From a virus (lineage: Duplodnaviria > Heunggongvirae > Uroviricota > Caudoviricetes): a stretch of DNA of 64,000 nt. The stretch is from IMG/VR virus record IMGVR_UViG_3300021963_000032; one strand, 5' to 3'. Position 1 is the stretch's first letter; each line of letters opens with the position of its first letter. The position numbers were made by a program, and so were the translations under genes. The notes beneath the pieces were generated by a model. It was not told where the DNA came from. It searched no databases and worked only from the letters and a program-made list of their open reading frames with translations. This document shows positions 36,144 through 46,152 of this stretch, in pieces.

Positions 36144-36861
36144 ATTATTGGGATTATATGGTGCATTAGCCGCAATGGGAGGAACTAGTTATTCAGTTTC
36201 TCCCATAGTCACCGCTAGCTCTTATAGCTCCGGCTCTTATGATTTAACTCAGTCAGAAACATATCAATATCTAATGGATGAGATAAAGAAGATGACTATG
36301 AATCAAGATGATAATGTACAAAGCTTACCATGCGTAGTTCATGATGCTATGTACCTACTAAACCTCATGTACGCAGATGTGACTGCAGATTGGTCTGACA
36401 GCTCAAAAGACTCTGAAGCAAAGGTAGAGCACTATGTACGTCAGTGTGTTGGATTGACTTTTATCAATAATACTATTAAGACTGTACTGCCAAAGTCTAG
36501 TACAGCTCTAGTTCCATTTACAATTACTGACGAGATGATCCGTAAAGATTGGGTAGACACCACTACGCAGATGATTACAATTCCTTATGAAATTTTCGCA
36601 CAGAAAGCAAAGATGCTAATGAATTGGGGAAGTGACACTTACTGTATAATGGTAGAGTCAAAGAACTATCCAGGTAGAGTGATTCCATTCTGCTACGATG
36701 AGAAGTTTGCAACTCCTGACGGTTCTGTTGGTTTTGTGTTTAAGCAACCTCAGGATCTTAGCTTAGGCAAATTATCAACTGCTTGGTGTGTAGTGATAAA
36801 GCGTAAAGTGAAATCTGCTGGTACGATTAGCAGCTACACAAATAACCATACTATTTATTAG
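36133..36861 (+). CDS. hypothetical protein
   Basis: ORF. Confidence 0.4.
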   Translation: MKDKLLGLYGALAAMGGTSYSVSPIVTASSYSSGSYDLTQSETYQYLMDEIKKMTMNQDDNVQSLPCVVHDAMYLLNLMYADVTADWSDSSKDSEAKVEHYVRQCVGLTFINNTIKTVLPKSSTALVPFTITDEMIRKDWVDTTTQMITIPYEIFAQKAKMLMNWGSDTYCIMVESKNYPGRVIPFCYDEKFATPDGSVGFVFKQPQDLSLGKLSTAWCVVIKRKVKSAGTISSYTNNHTIY

Positions 36862-36925
36862 TGTATATTGGTTACATAGTTACACGGGGAATAAGCAAGT
36901 AGTAACATAGTAACTAGTAACAGTA

Positions 36926-37069
36926 ATGGCAAAACTAAAAGCACAGGCAGCGAAAGTACACATAGCAAAGCCGAAAAAGAAAAGACCAGGAGTTCACGCG
37001 AAGACAAAAGTAAGCGCAAGTAAAAGAAGTACAAGCTGGGCAAAACCTTATGTAGGGCAAGGCAGATAA
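36926..37069 (+). CDS. small highly basic protein (47 aa)
   Basis: The product is MAKLKAQAAKVHIAKPKKKRPGVHAKTKVSASKRSTSWAKPYVGQGR. A terminator follows at 37091. Confidence 0.3.
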   Translation: MAKLKAQAAKVHIAKPKKKRPGVHAKTKVSASKRSTSWAKPYVGQGR

Positions 37070-37090
37070 GTACATTAGCCTGACACGTTG

Positions 37091-37117
37091 AAGGAGATCG
37101 AAAGGTCTCCTTTTTTT
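37091..37117 (+). terminator. Rho-independent terminator
   Basis: GGAGATCgaaaGGTCTCC followed by TTTTTTT. Confidence 0.65.
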
Positions 37118-37128
37118 ATGCACAGCTG

Positions 37129-37160
37129 TTGCAAAATCGGTATTGATGTAGTATCTTTAC
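37129..37160 (+). promoter_or_regulatory. Conserved phage promoter (TTGCAAAATCGG...TAGTATCTTTAC)
   Basis: Family motif 4 nt upstream of the ATG at 37164. Confidence 0.55.
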
Positions 37161-37163
37161 CAC

Positions 37164-37820
37164 ATGATTGATAACAAAGAGCAAATTAAAGGTCTACTTA
37201 ACTTCAGCGAACCTGGAGACTTCTACATGCTATATGTAATGAAGCGTAAGAAGGACCAACCCGAAGGTGAAAGAGATAATCACCAATCCGTAAGAACAAT
37301 CCGTTCGTACTGCATTAAGTCTATCGAGCAGTTAGACAAACGTTGGGAGGAGATTGTGATGATGTGTGAGATGTTCAAAGCTCGTGCATACATTCACGTA
37401 CAGAAACAGAACCACAAAGATGTATCGCTCAACATGATGATGGCATTAGCTCAGAGAATCCAAGATGGTAACCACGAGCAGCAGTCACTATTCGATTCAG
37501 TAGTAGGTCAGTTGAAGACGCATGAGAAGAGATGGATCGTTGACATTGATATTCCTGATCCCCATGCCGCTAGGGAGCTTGCTACGTACATCAACAGCCT
37601 CCGACCGGTAGGATCAAAGTGTGAAGCTGTCATTCCTACTAAGAATGGATACCACCTAATCACTGGTAGGTTTGATGTTAAGACATTTAGTGAGAAGTTT
37701 CCTGACATTGACATTCAGAAGAAGAATCCAACCTTACTATACTATCCAAACAGCCTAGAACAAGCTTCTGCGGTAGCCCCACCACCACCTCCACCAGATC
37801 GATTATCAAAAGGATTTTAA
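37164..37820 (+). CDS. hypothetical protein with C-terminal poly-Pro
   Basis: ORF with a PPPPPPD tail. Confidence 0.4.
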   Translation: MIDNKEQIKGLLNFSEPGDFYMLYVMKRKKDQPEGERDNHQSVRTIRSYCIKSIEQLDKRWEEIVMMCEMFKARAYIHVQKQNHKDVSLNMMMALAQRIQDGNHEQQSLFDSVVGQLKTHEKRWIVDIDIPDPHAARELATYINSLRPVGSKCEAVIPTKNGYHLITGRFDVKTFSEKFPDIDIQKKNPTLLYYPNSLEQASAVAPPPPPPDRLSKGF

Positions 37821-37824
37821 GCAT

Positions 37825-38061
37825 ATGAAAACTAGGATACACGTTAATCAGCATCATGTTAGGTCTAACAAGTCAAAGGGTACAGATCTTCCAGTCATCA
37901 CAATAAAGCAGGGAAAGACTAATACCTACTGCAATGAGGTAGAGATACTAGGACCAAGCAGAATCATATACTCAGGACCAGGATGTGATACAAAAGCACT
38001 ACTAGGTTGTGGTGCACGAGTAGTAATAGAGACAGAGAGTGAAATAAACATCATAAACTAA
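37825..38061 (+). CDS. hypothetical protein
   Basis: ORF. Confidence 0.3.
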   Translation: MKTRIHVNQHHVRSNKSKGTDLPVITIKQGKTNTYCNEVEILGPSRIIYSGPGCDTKALLGCGARVVIETESEINIIN

Positions 38062-38345
38062 TGAGCAATCTACAGAGAAGGACAACTGCAGCCTACGGCA
38101 TAGAGCGATGGTTAAGCAGCAAAGGTTACAAAGTAACCAACAAGACTACAGCAGATATGACTTGTGCATTCCTCAAGACGAAAGGACTGCAGTACACTAA
38201 GTTCAACTCAAGGTATAGAGGGAACTGGACTCCTATTGTATGTAACGCTCTGTCTGTGCAAGAATACTTTACAGAATTTACTCAATTTATTTTAAAAAAT
38301 TATCCGCTAGCTGTTGCACCGACGGAAAATAGTGCTGATCTTTAG
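38061..38345 (+). CDS. hypothetical protein
   Basis: ORF. Confidence 0.3.
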   Translation: MSNLQRRTTAAYGIERWLSSKGYKVTNKTTADMTCAFLKTKGLQYTKFNSRYRGNWTPIVCNALSVQEYFTEFTQFILKNYPLAVAPTENSADL

Positions 38346-38352
38346 GTATAAA
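38314..38352 (+). promoter_or_regulatory. Conserved phage promoter (TTGCA-N22-CTTTAGGTATAAAAGAAAGAGAGAT)
   Basis: Family motif upstream of the ATG at 38366. Confidence 0.5.
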
Positions 38353-38365
38353 AGAAAGAGAGATA

Positions 38366-38754
38366 TGAAAAAAGAAGCAAAAGTAGAGTACGGGATCACG
38401 ATCACGAAGCCATGGAGCAAAGAGATGTATGAACACAATGACACATTGGCAGAAGTTGTTAAAGACAAAGTTTTGAATATGTGGAATGAAGCCTACGAGG
38501 CTGCGGAAGCTGAGTTTGTTGATGAAGATGAGTTAGGAAATGAGTTTGGTGATCTGTATTGGGATGCCGCTAGTGATGAGATGGTAAGGATTCAAAAAGC
38601 CATTACATACTATTCGTTTTCAAATCAGAACATTATCGAAGTTGCAGAAGAGGTTGTAGACACCTTAGAGAATATGCCAACCTTCCAGCTTAGAGAGTTA
38701 GTAGAGGAGTTAGAGATCGAATTAGAAAAAGGTTTTATTGGTTTTAATAATTAA
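38366..38754 (+). CDS. hypothetical acidic protein
   Basis: ORF downstream of the promoter. Confidence 0.4.
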
Positions 38755-38759
38755 GAGAT

Positions 38760-39056
38760 ATGACAAAGCAAGAGTATTTTAAGATGGTCCGTGAGATCAA
38801 CAATGAGTTAAGAGGTGAAGGAGTAGATTGGTTTAAGACTTATTCAGAACCACGCAAGAAGACTAGCTATCGTACTAAGTTGTACTACGTTGCGTATAAT
38901 CCTAATGGTACAGTAGTTGATAGTGTAGCAGCAGCTAAGCTTATAACCAGAGTATCCCAAGGTCAGATCGAATCAAAGAGATTCATCGGTAAGAATTACT
39001 ACGGACATTCAGTAGTGAATCTAGTAATGACACCAACTAATCCACTAGAACAATAA
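38760..39056 (+). CDS. hypothetical protein
   Basis: ORF. Confidence 0.35.
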   Translation: MTKQEYFKMVREINNELRGEGVDWFKTYSEPRKKTSYRTKLYYVAYNPNGTVVDSVAAAKLITRVSQGQIESKRFIGKNYYGHSVVNLVMTPTNPLEQ

Positions 39057-39059
39057 GTT

Positions 39060-39290
39060 ATGACACAACAAGAATTAGACAAAGCTACGGAGATAATCAA
39101 CGCAGCAAACGAACAGCTTCGTATTGCCATGGACAAGCTAGATGTGCAGAAGCGCATCATCGAGACGCAAGATGAGTTGATTGCTATACTCAAAGATACC
39201 TTGAAGAATCGTGACAAATACATCACGTTGCTAGAATCACAGCTCAATGTACAAGACAACGTAATCAACAAACACGTACTTAAAGGATGA
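39060..39290 (+). CDS. hypothetical coiled-coil protein
   Basis: ORF. Confidence 0.35.
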   Translation: MTQQELDKATEIINAANEQLRIAMDKLDVQKRIIETQDELIAILKDTLKNRDKYITLLESQLNVQDNVINKHVLKG

Positions 39291-39538
39291 GTAAAGATAA
39301 GTCAAGCCTAGATCAACTTATGCGGGATGCATGGAATGATCCACAACTCTCAGATGGTGATATGCCAATGGTTAAGACACCATACCACTACTACAAGCTA
39401 GCAGTGAGTAAGCTGGAAGAACCAGATAACGATCTACTAGTGGACGATCCCAATGAGCACTGTGTAAGAGCAATGACAGAGGAAGAATTCTATTGGAGAT
39501 TAGAAAGAGATAGCAACTTTGAGTCAAAGTGGAAATAA
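39287..39538 (+). CDS. hypothetical protein
   Basis: ORF with ATGA overlap. Confidence 0.35.
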   Translation: MSKDKSSLDQLMRDAWNDPQLSDGDMPMVKTPYHYYKLAVSKLEEPDNDLLVDDPNEHCVRAMTEEEFYWRLERDSNFESKWK

Positions 39539-39604
39539 ATTCACTTTAAATGTTGCAAAGCTGGATCTTTGTGACGACCTTTAGGTATAAATAAAAAGAG
39601 AGAT

Positions 39605-40693
39605 ATGAAGTTACAAACACTATTTAAGCGAGCTACCAACGGAAAGGTGTTGGAGCATACATTCGAGATTGAAGGTAATGGTTACCGTACGATTTCAGGA
39701 TACGTTGATGGAGTGAAGACCACAACAGAATGGACCTACTGCCAAGGGAAGAATATTGGTAGAAGTAATGAAACCACACCGGAAGGTCAAGCACTAGCAG
39801 AAGCTAAGGCTGAGTGGAAGAAACGTACAGAGCGCAACTACTTTGCTAAGGTTGCTGACATAGACAATGGTACAATGTTCAAACCCATGCTCGCTAACAA
39901 GTGGGAAGACTATGCTGACAAGATTCAGTATCCTATCTACTCTCAACCTAAGTTGGATGGTATTAGATGTATCGTAAGAGAGGATGGTATGTGGACACGA
40001 ACCGGTAAACCAATCGATTCAGCACCACACATCTTTGAAGCACTTGCACCACTATTTGCAGAGAATCCAGATCTTATCTTCGACGGGGAATTATATGCTG
40101 ACAAGTATGCTAATGACTTCAACGCTATCGTATCGCTAGTGAAGAAGACCAAGCCAACAGCTAAGGACCTAGAAGACAGTGCAAAGGTTATTAAGTATCA
40201 CATCTACGACTTACCAAGCTGTGAGGAAGTATTCACTAAGAGATACAAAACACTACAGAGCATAGAGTTGCCTGAGTGCTGCGTGAAAGTAGTAACAGAT
40301 CAAATAGACAACTTGAATGATGTTGCAGGATACTACGGAGACTATATGTCAGCCGGGTATGAAGGTCAGATGCTACGAGTAGATGGAATGTACGAGAACA
40401 AACGCTCTAAGTCATTACTCAAGCATAAGTCATTCATCGATGAGGAATATACAATCGTAGGGTATGAAGAGGGTAACGGAAACCTAGCTGGAATGATCGG
40501 AGCATTAGTATTCCAAACAGCACAAGGTGATAAGTTCACAGCATCAGTGAATGGTGGGTGGGAACATCTCAAACAACTATGGAGTGAAAGAGATACTCTA
40601 GTCGGACAAGAAGCTACTATCAAGTACTTCAACATCACACCGGATGGTAAACCAAGATTCCCTAAAGTAACAGCAATCAGAAACTATGAGTAA
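39605..40693 (+). CDS. lig: ATP-dependent DNA ligase
   Basis: Motif I KLDGIR, motif IV EGQMLR, motif V LLKHK, in canonical order. Confidence 0.65.
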   Translation: MKLQTLFKRATNGKVLEHTFEIEGNGYRTISGYVDGVKTTTEWTYCQGKNIGRSNETTPEGQALAEAKAEWKKRTERNYFAKVADIDNGTMFKPMLANKWEDYADKIQYPIYSQPKLDGIRCIVREDGMWTRTGKPIDSAPHIFEALAPLFAENPDLIFDGELYADKYANDFNAIVSLVKKTKPTAKDLEDSAKVIKYHIYDLPSCEEVFTKRYKTLQSIELPECCVKVVTDQIDNLNDVAGYYGDYMSAGYEGQMLRVDGMYENKRSKSLLKHKSFIDEEYTIVGYEEGNGNLAGMIGALVFQTAQGDKFTASVNGGWEHLKQLWSERDTLVGQEATIKYFNITPDGKPRFPKVTAIRNYE

Positions 40694-40985
40694 TATGGAA
40701 GGAATATCAATACAAGCAATGAGTAACATACTCGCAGAAGCTAACAAGTGCAATCTGCAGAGCTATGGTCAAGAAAGCAGAGTATTCGGAGCAATTGAAG
40801 GAGTACTACTATGCTATGGCAAACTAAAACCAGGTGTACTTTGGAATTACAAATACGTTGATGTAGAAGTTACGGGATGGTTCGGTAAGAAGAAGATCGA
40901 GAAAAGACAACAAACCTACAGAGAGCTGATGGTGGAGTTGTTAAGACAGTTAATACATGAGGAAGTTCAAAAGCTACACCAATGA
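40686..40985 (+). CDS. hypothetical protein
   Basis: ORF. Confidence 0.35.
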   Translation: MSNMEGISIQAMSNILAEANKCNLQSYGQESRVFGAIEGVLLCYGKLKPGVLWNYKYVDVEVTGWFGKKKIEKRQQTYRELMVELLRQLIHEEVQKLHQ

Positions 40986-41695
40986 AAGACATATCCATAA
41001 GATACACAGAACCGGAGAAACCAACAGCACTAAACAGACAACCAGGGGATCCATCAGTAGTATACACATCACGTACTGTAACAATGAAGGGGACAGGATT
41101 GAATCAACGTAGCAATCTAGCAATGGTATTGTATGATGTAGAGATTAAAAATGGAAGTTCTATCGATGCAAGCTTCGATCATCTACAAGGGATATACAAT
41201 CCAACAGTGACAGTAAACTCAATACCAAAGAGCTGTTACATAGAGGCAAAGAGTATAACAAACGAGTGCATAGACTTACAAGATAAAGTAATAAACATAC
41301 CACTCAAAGCATTCGACGGGAAACAACTAATAGCATATAAGCAGTCACAAACCGGGCAGATAAACTACTTGATACTATTCCAGAGTCACACAGACAACAA
41401 CCGGGTGCATGCAATAAGACTAGAGGTACACTATAACCCAGTAATGAACGAGCACTCAGTAAGAGCATGGTTCCCAAATGAAAAGCTAAGGAACCAAGAC
41501 GAGTGGACAATACAAGTACCAAGTGAACTAAAGTATTACATAGAGAACCATATACAGAGTCTAGGGGTACAGCAAGTAGGAACATCAGCACATAGTATAA
41601 TGGGAGGACATAGAGGATACAATAGCGTACCATGGATGAACAATACTCCAATCACTATAAAGCGTACAGGGAAAGGGTCTAAACACTTATACTAG
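40982..41695 (+). CDS. hypothetical protein
   Basis: ORF. Confidence 0.4.
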   Translation: MKDISIRYTEPEKPTALNRQPGDPSVVYTSRTVTMKGTGLNQRSNLAMVLYDVEIKNGSSIDASFDHLQGIYNPTVTVNSIPKSCYIEAKSITNECIDLQDKVINIPLKAFDGKQLIAYKQSQTGQINYLILFQSHTDNNRVHAIRLEVHYNPVMNEHSVRAWFPNEKLRNQDEWTIQVPSELKYYIENHIQSLGVQQVGTSAHSIMGGHRGYNSVPWMNNTPITIKRTGKGSKHLY

Positions 41696-42030
41696 CGATA
41701 GACATTCATACTATGTGAGATGAGTAGAGTCACGATTCATAAGATAGACACTAGTATAGTAAAGGAGGGTTTGTATATCATAGGTGGGAGGGCGGACGTA
41801 TACACATTCCTCCCGCGCGAACCAAATTTTTGCTATAGAAGTTATACACTCAACACATGTGCATATCTTTTCATAACCTTCCTTCCCTCTCTACCCCCGT
41901 GTAACTAACTGATACTCAGGAGGTTACTCCAACCGGTACCCTCTGTGCCCCCCAGGAATCTAATACAACTGGGAAGTTATGAACCGAGGATTGTGCAAAA
42001 CTTTTTCTTTTATTTTTTTGTCCCTAGCTG

Positions 42031-42069
42031 TTGCTAGATCGAATAAAAGGGAGGACCTTTAGGTATAAA
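42031..42069 (+). promoter_or_regulatory. Conserved phage promoter (TTGCT-N22-CTTTAGGTATAAAGATTGAGAGAT)
   Basis: Family motif upstream of the ATG at 42081. Confidence 0.5.
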
Positions 42070-42080
42070 GATTGAGAGAT

Positions 42081-44309
42081 ATGAATAATACACAGACACA
42101 GACTTATCAAGAATTGCTTCGCAAGGCGCTGGGCAAGAAGAACACTAACACTGCCGCGCGTAAGTTAGATGTCAAGAAGAACTATGCTAGCTTCTGGATG
42201 GATGACTTAGGAAAGGGTAACGATCGCTTTGGTCTTGGTAGTGACTTCTCTGGGAAGAGTAGTGACATCGTCAAGGCTATCAAGTTGAACTCTTACCGTA
42301 AGGCGATTGCAAACTTCGTTAAGATCCTTACTAACAAAGAGATCCCCGTGAGGTTTGCTGGTAGTGATTCTTACACAGATGGTAAGAGTGTTACTATCTC
42401 TTCTGATATTAAGGACAATAACTTTGATGTCTCTGTGGGATTGGCCTTGCACGAGGCTTCTCACATTTTGTTGACTGACTTCTCTGTCCTTCCCGCACTA
42501 CGTGATGGGAAGATTGAAGCAGCTAAAGACTTGGACGGAAGGTTGGTTAAAGACCTTTTGAACTTCATTGAAGATAGACGTATTGACCACTATGTGTTTA
42601 GTACTTCTCCTGGGTACAAAGCTTACTACCACAAGTTGTATGAGCACTACTGGAACAATGACAAGACGGTTATCAAAGGCCTTTTGTCTGCTAAGTTCAG
42701 AGATGCTAAGAAGCTTGACAGTTGGATGTTCCAGATCATCAACATGATGAATCCCGCATTTGATGCGACTGTTATGCCTCGCTTGCAGGAGATCGTTACC
42801 TTGATTGGAATACCGACTATCAGTCGTTTGAAGTCTACACAAGACGCTCTTGACATTGCCATCCAGGTTGCACAGATCATCACAGACGAGATGCGCCAAG
42901 CGATCGAAGATGCAGCTAGCCAACCGGAGCCAGAACAAGGGCCAGGTCAGCCTAGTCCGGATGCAGACGGTGAAGCAGGAGAGGATCAAGAGTCCGGCAG
43001 TGAAAGTGATGATTCAAGTGAAAGTGATGATGGAAGTGAAAGTGATGATGGAAGTGAAAGTGATGATTCAAGTGAAGAAGGTCAGGGATCTAGTGAGGGT
43101 GAAGAAGGGGAAGACGGAGACGGAGAAGCTTCTACCGGTGGTACTGATCTGACTCCAGAAGAAGAGGCTGCTATCGAGAAGGTGCTTAGAGAGCAACGTA
43201 AGTTCATGGACGGAGAGAGCGGGAAGAAGCAGGCAGGTAGAAACCTCGAAAGAAAGTTAGATAAGACTGAGAAAGAGGGAGTTACGATCGAGCAAGTAGG
43301 TGGCAAGTATACTTGTCTTAACTACGATGTTACCGGTAAGGAGTTCGTTGCCGCAGCTGATGCGAAGGATAAGATACAAGAAGCTAGAAACAATGTGTAC
43401 AAGGAAGCATACGGATCACCAGCGAAGAAGGCAGCAGAAGCAGCATTAGCTGAGCTCCGCACTACTAGTGAGTTATTAAGTAATGACTACTTCAGCAGTC
43501 CTAGTGCACGATATGCTAAGGCAATCGACAAGGGAATATTGATGGGACAGTTGCTTGGTAAGAAGCTACAGATGCGTAACGAGTCACGTGAGAGAATCGA
43601 TAACAGACTGAGAAGCGGGAAGATAGACAACAGACGTCTAGCAGCTGCAGGGTACGGAATCGAGAGCATCTTCCACCAGGTGACAATAGACAAGTACAAG
43701 AAAGCTAACCTACACATGAGCTTAGATGGCTCAGGCAGTATGGGAGGAACCAACTGGGAGAACACAGCCATGATGGCAGCAGCAATTGCTAAAGCTCTTA
43801 CCTTCACATCAAACGTGGCAATGCAGATATCAATCAGGGTAACAACTAACGATAGCGGAACCCTTCCTGCTAACTACTTCATCTACGATTCTCGCAAGAA
43901 TACACTAAGAGAGCTACAGGTGATACTAAAGGCATTCAATCCTAACGGGATGACACCAGAAGGTTTGTGCTTCGAGAGTATGCTTAAGAAGAACCAACTA
44001 GTGAAGTCTAGCGCAGACATGGATAGCTACTTCGTTAACCTTTCCGACGGAGGACCTGGAGGAGTAGGACAGTACGGAGGATCAGTTGCAACGGAGCATA
44101 CAAGAGCACAAGTTACTAAGATGCGTAACGAGCTAGGTATGGGAGTATTAAGCTACTTCATGACACAGTACGGAGGTACAGACTTCGCTAGCAGTGGTAG
44201 CGGTAGAGCTTTCCAGGCCATGTACGGAAAGGCAGCTACCAACATTGCACCGGACAACGTAATGGAGATTGCTAAGACACTTAACAATTTATTTATGAAC
44301 AAGGGATAA
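42081..44309 (+). CDS. CobT-like von Willebrand factor A domain protein with an acidic Ser/Asp/Glu repeat
   Basis: MIDAS-like HMSLDGSGSMGG. Internal (SESDDG/SESDDS)x4 and EGEEGEDGDGEA acidic tract. Partner CobS-like ATPase lies at 48707. Confidence 0.5.
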   Translation: MNNTQTQTYQELLRKALGKKNTNTAARKLDVKKNYASFWMDDLGKGNDRFGLGSDFSGKSSDIVKAIKLNSYRKAIANFVKILTNKEIPVRFAGSDSYTDGKSVTISSDIKDNNFDVSVGLALHEASHILLTDFSVLPALRDGKIEAAKDLDGRLVKDLLNFIEDRRIDHYVFSTSPGYKAYYHKLYEHYWNNDKTVIKGLLSAKFRDAKKLDSWMFQIINMMNPAFDATVMPRLQEIVTLIGIPTISRLKSTQDALDIAIQVAQIITDEMRQAIEDAASQPEPEQGPGQPSPDADGEAGEDQESGSESDDSSESDDGSESDDGSESDDSSEEGQGSSEGEEGEDGDGEASTGGTDLTPEEEAAIEKVLREQRKFMDGESGKKQAGRNLERKLDKTEKEGVTIEQVGGKYTCLNYDVTGKEFVAAADAKDKIQEARNNVYKEAYGSPAKKAAEAALAELRTTSELLSNDYFSSPSARYAKAIDKGILMGQLLGKKLQMRNESRERIDNRLRSGKIDNRRLAAAGYGIESIFHQVTIDKYKKANLHMSLDGSGSMGGTNWENTAMMAAAIAKALTFTSNVAMQISIRVTTNDSGTLPANYFIYDSRKNTLRELQVILKAFNPNGMTPEGLCFESMLKKNQLVKSSADMDSYFVNLSDGGPGGVGQYGGSVATEHTRAQVTKMRNELGMGVLSYFMTQYGGTDFASSGSGRAFQAMYGKAATNIAPDNVMEIAKTLNNLFMNKG

Positions 44310-44772
44310 AAAGTTATGAACCGGTAGCTTTAGAGGGGGTATGCCTAGAGGAGACTAGAGGGGTATCCCCCCCTATATAAGACGCGATCTAGCGAGGGGG
44401 ATGCCCCCATGAAAGACGGTGATATAGCAGGGGGATATCCCCTTAAAAACACGCTTAAAACACCGTAAAACACCCCCTATAATTACGTGAAAACCGAATG
44501 GATATCGCCCTATATTGGGGAGGTTACATGCGTTCACATTTCGATGCCAATTTTTTTGCTATAGCAACATTGACACTTCGATTACACTGCGTGTAATGTA
44601 TATGTTAAATCCTCCCTTCCCTCTTGGGAAGGTCAGGCCCATCCCCATGGGGAGCCTCGAGGTTAAAAGTGGCACCCCTTGTTCATAACTTATTCCAAAA
44701 CCGAGCATATTTATACAAGTAAACCGGAGGTAAAAAATAAAAAATTTAGTATATTTCCCCTATAAAACACAC

Positions 44773-45009
44773 ATGGATATTTCGAGAAAAACACTAATGA
44801 AACGCGCGGGCTTGCTTGAAGAAGAGCAACGAATTAAGCAGGTAAGAATGACACAACAAATGTGGGATAAACTGCCATTTGACACGCGTGCAAACATGCT
44901 GTTATCAGCTGTTAAAGATCCGGATGATATCGAGCAGTATGTTGATATGGATTGGAACAATCTACCGGCTGAAGTTACACAAAACATGGTGGTATACATT
45001 AAAGCATAA
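44773..45009 (+). CDS. hypothetical protein
   Basis: ORF. Confidence 0.35.
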   Translation: MDISRKTLMKRAGLLEEEQRIKQVRMTQQMWDKLPFDTRANMLLSAVKDPDDIEQYVDMDWNNLPAEVTQNMVVYIKA

Positions 45010-45011
45010 CG

Positions 45012-45332
45012 ATGATCAAATTTAAACAAATATTGCAAGAAAAGGAGCTCAATCCGTACTCACAGTCGGTAGGTTCATTTGCGGCAAATTACGTGGGCTT
45101 CCAGGTATCAATCAGTAACGGGGACCTAGTGGAAGGTGGCGAGATTAGCGGCGATTTTCTAGTGGTTGGATACGGTAGATTAATTGAAAACACAACCGGT
45201 GATTTCAATGCAAGAACTAACCCATCTAGCGAGGTATTAATCGTGCAAGATGCGGATGGAGTTGGCTCAGGACTACACTCTATATTCTGTAGTGTTATGG
45301 AGCTACAATCTAAGGTAAAAGTAAAACAATAA
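45012..45332 (+). CDS. hypothetical protein (N-terminal MIKFKQILQE motif family)
   Basis: ORF. The N-terminus is shared with the genes at 53582, 21221, 54253, 54639 and 55178. Confidence 0.4.
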   Translation: MIKFKQILQEKELNPYSQSVGSFAANYVGFQVSISNGDLVEGGEISGDFLVVGYGRLIENTTGDFNARTNPSSEVLIVQDADGVGSGLHSIFCSVMELQSKVKVKQ

Positions 45333-45339
45333 CACACAT

Positions 45340-45648
45340 ATGAAAGACAATATTTCAAAACAAAGACTGCAGGAACTAGCAGCAATCAACAACCCGTTTC
45401 TAGTGGCAGAAGCAGTGGACGCTAACGCCATGATCAAACTAGAAGTGATGGTAAAAGCAGGTACATTAATCGATATGTTCGGGGGAGCAGAAACGCTAGC
45501 AGACACTGTAAACGACCCTAACAAATTCAGAGATTTTACACGTACAATCCAGGACGATCTAGGAGAATGGTTAGCAGGACCAGGCGGAGACGAGTGGGCT
45601 AACGACGGCGTAGAATCTGGAAATTATGACGATTATATTCCTTTCTAA
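45340..45648 (+). CDS. hypothetical protein (N-terminal SKQRLQELA motif)
   Basis: ORF. The N-terminus resembles that of the gene at 46554. Confidence 0.4.
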   Translation: MKDNISKQRLQELAAINNPFLVAEAVDANAMIKLEVMVKAGTLIDMFGGAETLADTVNDPNKFRDFTRTIQDDLGEWLAGPGGDEWANDGVESGNYDDYIPF

Positions 45649-45661
45649 ATAACACACAAAC

Positions 45662-46147
45662 ATGAAACTAAGTAACGTAAAAGCAATCATCCAACAAGAG
45701 GTGAAAAAAGTACTCAAAGAAGCGGTAGATCCGGACAACTGGCCTATCGGGTACTTTGAGGTTAAAGACACGTTTGAAATCACACCCGGTGGTGGTTGGG
45801 GCGTTAGATTTAACAAAGGCCAAATCGTACAAGTAGCACAATCTAAAGTCGATCGAAGCTTACAAACAATCACAACTTGGGATGCCCTTAAAAACGAGTG
45901 GGTAGTGAAAGCTCCACCTATTAGCGGGTACAAAGATAACGGCGGAATGTTCCCTATTTCAAGCTTTGGAGGGTCGCGTGCTTGGACTGCTAAGTTTGCT
46001 CAAAACACTACTCCTCTATCTAAAGGTGCGGCTGAATCCAAAGCGAAATCAATGGCAGCTGAGACGACATTAAGCGCTAGAGATGCGGTTAAAATGCTCA
46101 ACACATTGAAGCCAAATCAAATGGTTAAAATCACGATTGTTAAGTAA
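45662..46147 (+). CDS. hypothetical protein (N-terminal MKxSxxxAIIxxEVxxVLKEA family)
   Basis: ORF. The N-terminus is shared with the genes at 46153, 47308 and 47525. Confidence 0.4.
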   Translation: MKLSNVKAIIQQEVKKVLKEAVDPDNWPIGYFEVKDTFEITPGGGWGVRFNKGQIVQVAQSKVDRSLQTITTWDALKNEWVVKAPPISGYKDNGGMFPISSFGGSRAWTAKFAQNTTPLSKGAAESKAKSMAAETTLSARDAVKMLNTLKPNQMVKITIVK

Positions 46148-46152
46148 TCAAG

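Noticed and set aside
41700-42030. ORF 41720-41908 and surrounding 330-bp gap upstream of the CobT-like gene
   Set aside because: The ORF has an odd composition (FLPSLPPCN tail) and runs into a polypyrimidine tract. The region is more likely a non-coding upstream leader containing the family promoter at 42031.
42850-43152. Repetitive DNA (GAAAGTGATGATKSAAGT x4) that could be mistaken for a CRISPR-like or tandem-repeat array, and an ORF 42850-43152 in another frame
   Set aside because: The repeats are in-frame codons for the SESDDG acidic tract inside the CobT-like CDS. The alternative-frame ORF (VKVMMEVKVMMEV...) is an artefact of the repeat.
44571-44605. E. coli-like sigma70 promoter TTGACA-N18-TAATGT in the palindromic island
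   Set aside because: The Bacteroidota host inferred here uses -33/-7 promoters. The match is probably coincidental in an AT-rich stretch, though it is mentioned inside the island finding.
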